A model generated the notes under the pieces. The model was not told the origin of the DNA and made no database searches. It saw only the letters and a list, made by a program, of their open reading frames with translations. Shown piece after piece: positions 28,208 to 29,183 of a stretch of 29,183 bases of DNA (positions are counted from its first letter, which is position 1; every line of letters begins with the position of its first letter). The stretch spans positions 1-29,183 of the IMG/VR virus record IMGVR_UViG_3300038673_000364, one strand, 5' to 3'. This DNA comes from a virus (lineage: Duplodnaviria > Caudoviricetes). The translations under genes were made by a program, and so were the position numbers.

Positions 28208-28574
28208 ATCTTGAATTGACAAGATAACTATTCCTTATGAATAGTTGGAGTAATCCTAGACGTACCATTTGCTCGGAGGAAGCAATATATAAAATTGGTG
28301 CGAATGAGTCCTCAGCAAAGATAAATCAACAAAAGGACAGGTTTAACCGACCTGCACCAGCTATAAGGAAGAATTATAGCCACAGTTTTGCAGTGAGTAA
28401 GACACTGTAGAGGGGAAAAGAGTTCATAAGTGAAATGATACCCCACTGCTATTTGAAAAAGTAGCAAGATAAGTAAGAGAGACTCATCAACTCTTAAGCT
28501 TATTGAAAGCGCCTTGAAATGAGGATTGTATAAGTTGATTTATCCTGACCCTACTTCTAAACAAATGAAGAGGG
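28208..28574 (+). ncRNA. Candidate large structured ncRNA (~370 nt) with pseudoknot, class unassigned
   Basis: Lies in a 450-nt gap between genes with raised GC. More than 10 helices, GNRA loops, a perfect 11-bp long-range stem (28320-28330/28534-28544) and ATGAGTC/GACTCAT complementarity. Confidence 0.7.
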
Positions 28575-28605
28575 TGCTAATAAGAATAATTTAATAATTA
28601 ATAAT

Positions 28606-29031
28606 ATGAAAAATCTTATTGATGAATTTGTAGCTTTTTTAGAAGAAAATAATATAAAAGAACTTTATAAAAAAGCTCTTATAGAAAATGGAGTAATAAA
28701 CTACTTGCATTTCTTAGAAGATAGTAAACCACGTAATTTTATATGTGGTGCATTCTCTTGGAGTAATACTCCAGAAGGATATAAATTTTGGCAAGATGTA
28801 GATTTAAAGTGGGTTACTTTATTAAAGGAATTAGAAACTCCTATTAAAGTAGGTGATAAATGTATATTTTGGAATGATAATCCAGAGTTGGTAGTAGTTG
28901 GAAGATTAGATAAAATAAAGTTAGATAAAGACTTAGAGAATCCTAGTTTTTATCAAACTGGATATTTATTATTTCAAAATTGTGAAAAATATTCTGAAAA
29001 AAGATTAACTGAAATAGCAAATAATGTATAA
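28606..29031 (+). CDS. Hypothetical protein, 141 aa
   Basis: AFSWSNTPEGYKFW motif followed by an SH3/KOW-like IKVGDKC segment. Confidence 0.8.
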   Translation: MKNLIDEFVAFLEENNIKELYKKALIENGVINYLHFLEDSKPRNFICGAFSWSNTPEGYKFWQDVDLKWVTLLKELETPIKVGDKCIFWNDNPELVVVGRLDKIKLDKDLENPSFYQTGYLLFQNCEKYSEKRLTEIANNV

Positions 29032-29183
29032 AGTAAGTTTTGATTTTGACGGCGTATTAGACAGAGAAGATGTACAAAAATATGCTAGATATTTAGTAGA
29101 TAATGGATTTGAAGTGTGGATATGTACATCAAGATTAAGCAATGATGCCGCACCGAGTGATAGGTGGAACGACGACTTGTATC
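29024..29183 (+). CDS. HAD-superfamily hydrolase/phosphatase-like protein (5' part only)
   Basis: MYKVSFDFDGVLD (DxDG motif I)...VWICTSR (motif II); open to the window end. Confidence 0.75.
   Translation, partial: MYKVSFDFDGVLDREDVQKYARYLVDNGFEVWICTSRLSNDAAPSDRWNDDLY

Noticed and set aside
1-29183. TAG reassignment, or genome-wide code 4 (Mollicutes-type host)
   Set aside because: TAG ends several tightly packed genes (e.g. 7019, 11032, 13378). In-frame TGA is absent from the early genes, where TGA still occurs as a coupled stop.

Overview
AT-rich fragment of a crAss-like (Crassvirales) phage genome, probably infecting Bacteroidota (TAnnTTTG promoter motifs). The left arm (- strand, 1-20101) is a packaging/virion module: PhoH, PD-(D/E)XK nuclease, GroES-like protein, terminase large subunit, portal and several tail/fibre genes. 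From 15707 leftwards these genes look fragmented in the standard-code ORF track. They fuse into intact genes when TGA is read as Trp (about 47 in-frame TGAs by hand count), and a matching tRNA with anticodon UCA lies at 18892-18962. The genes upstream of 15707 and the + strand arm (21109-29183, small early-type genes with several tandem paralogues) use TGG for Trp, so the recoding is confined to one module. Also present: a ~1 kb AT-rich divergent intergenic region with two repeat arrays, a tail-fibre gene built from GGRNL...PAPED cassettes joined by near-identical DNA repeats, and two unassigned structured non-coding elements (23950-24174 and ~28208-28574). The second has many helices, an 11-bp closing stem and a pseudoknot. 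All calls come from reading the sequence by hand; no database searches were run.
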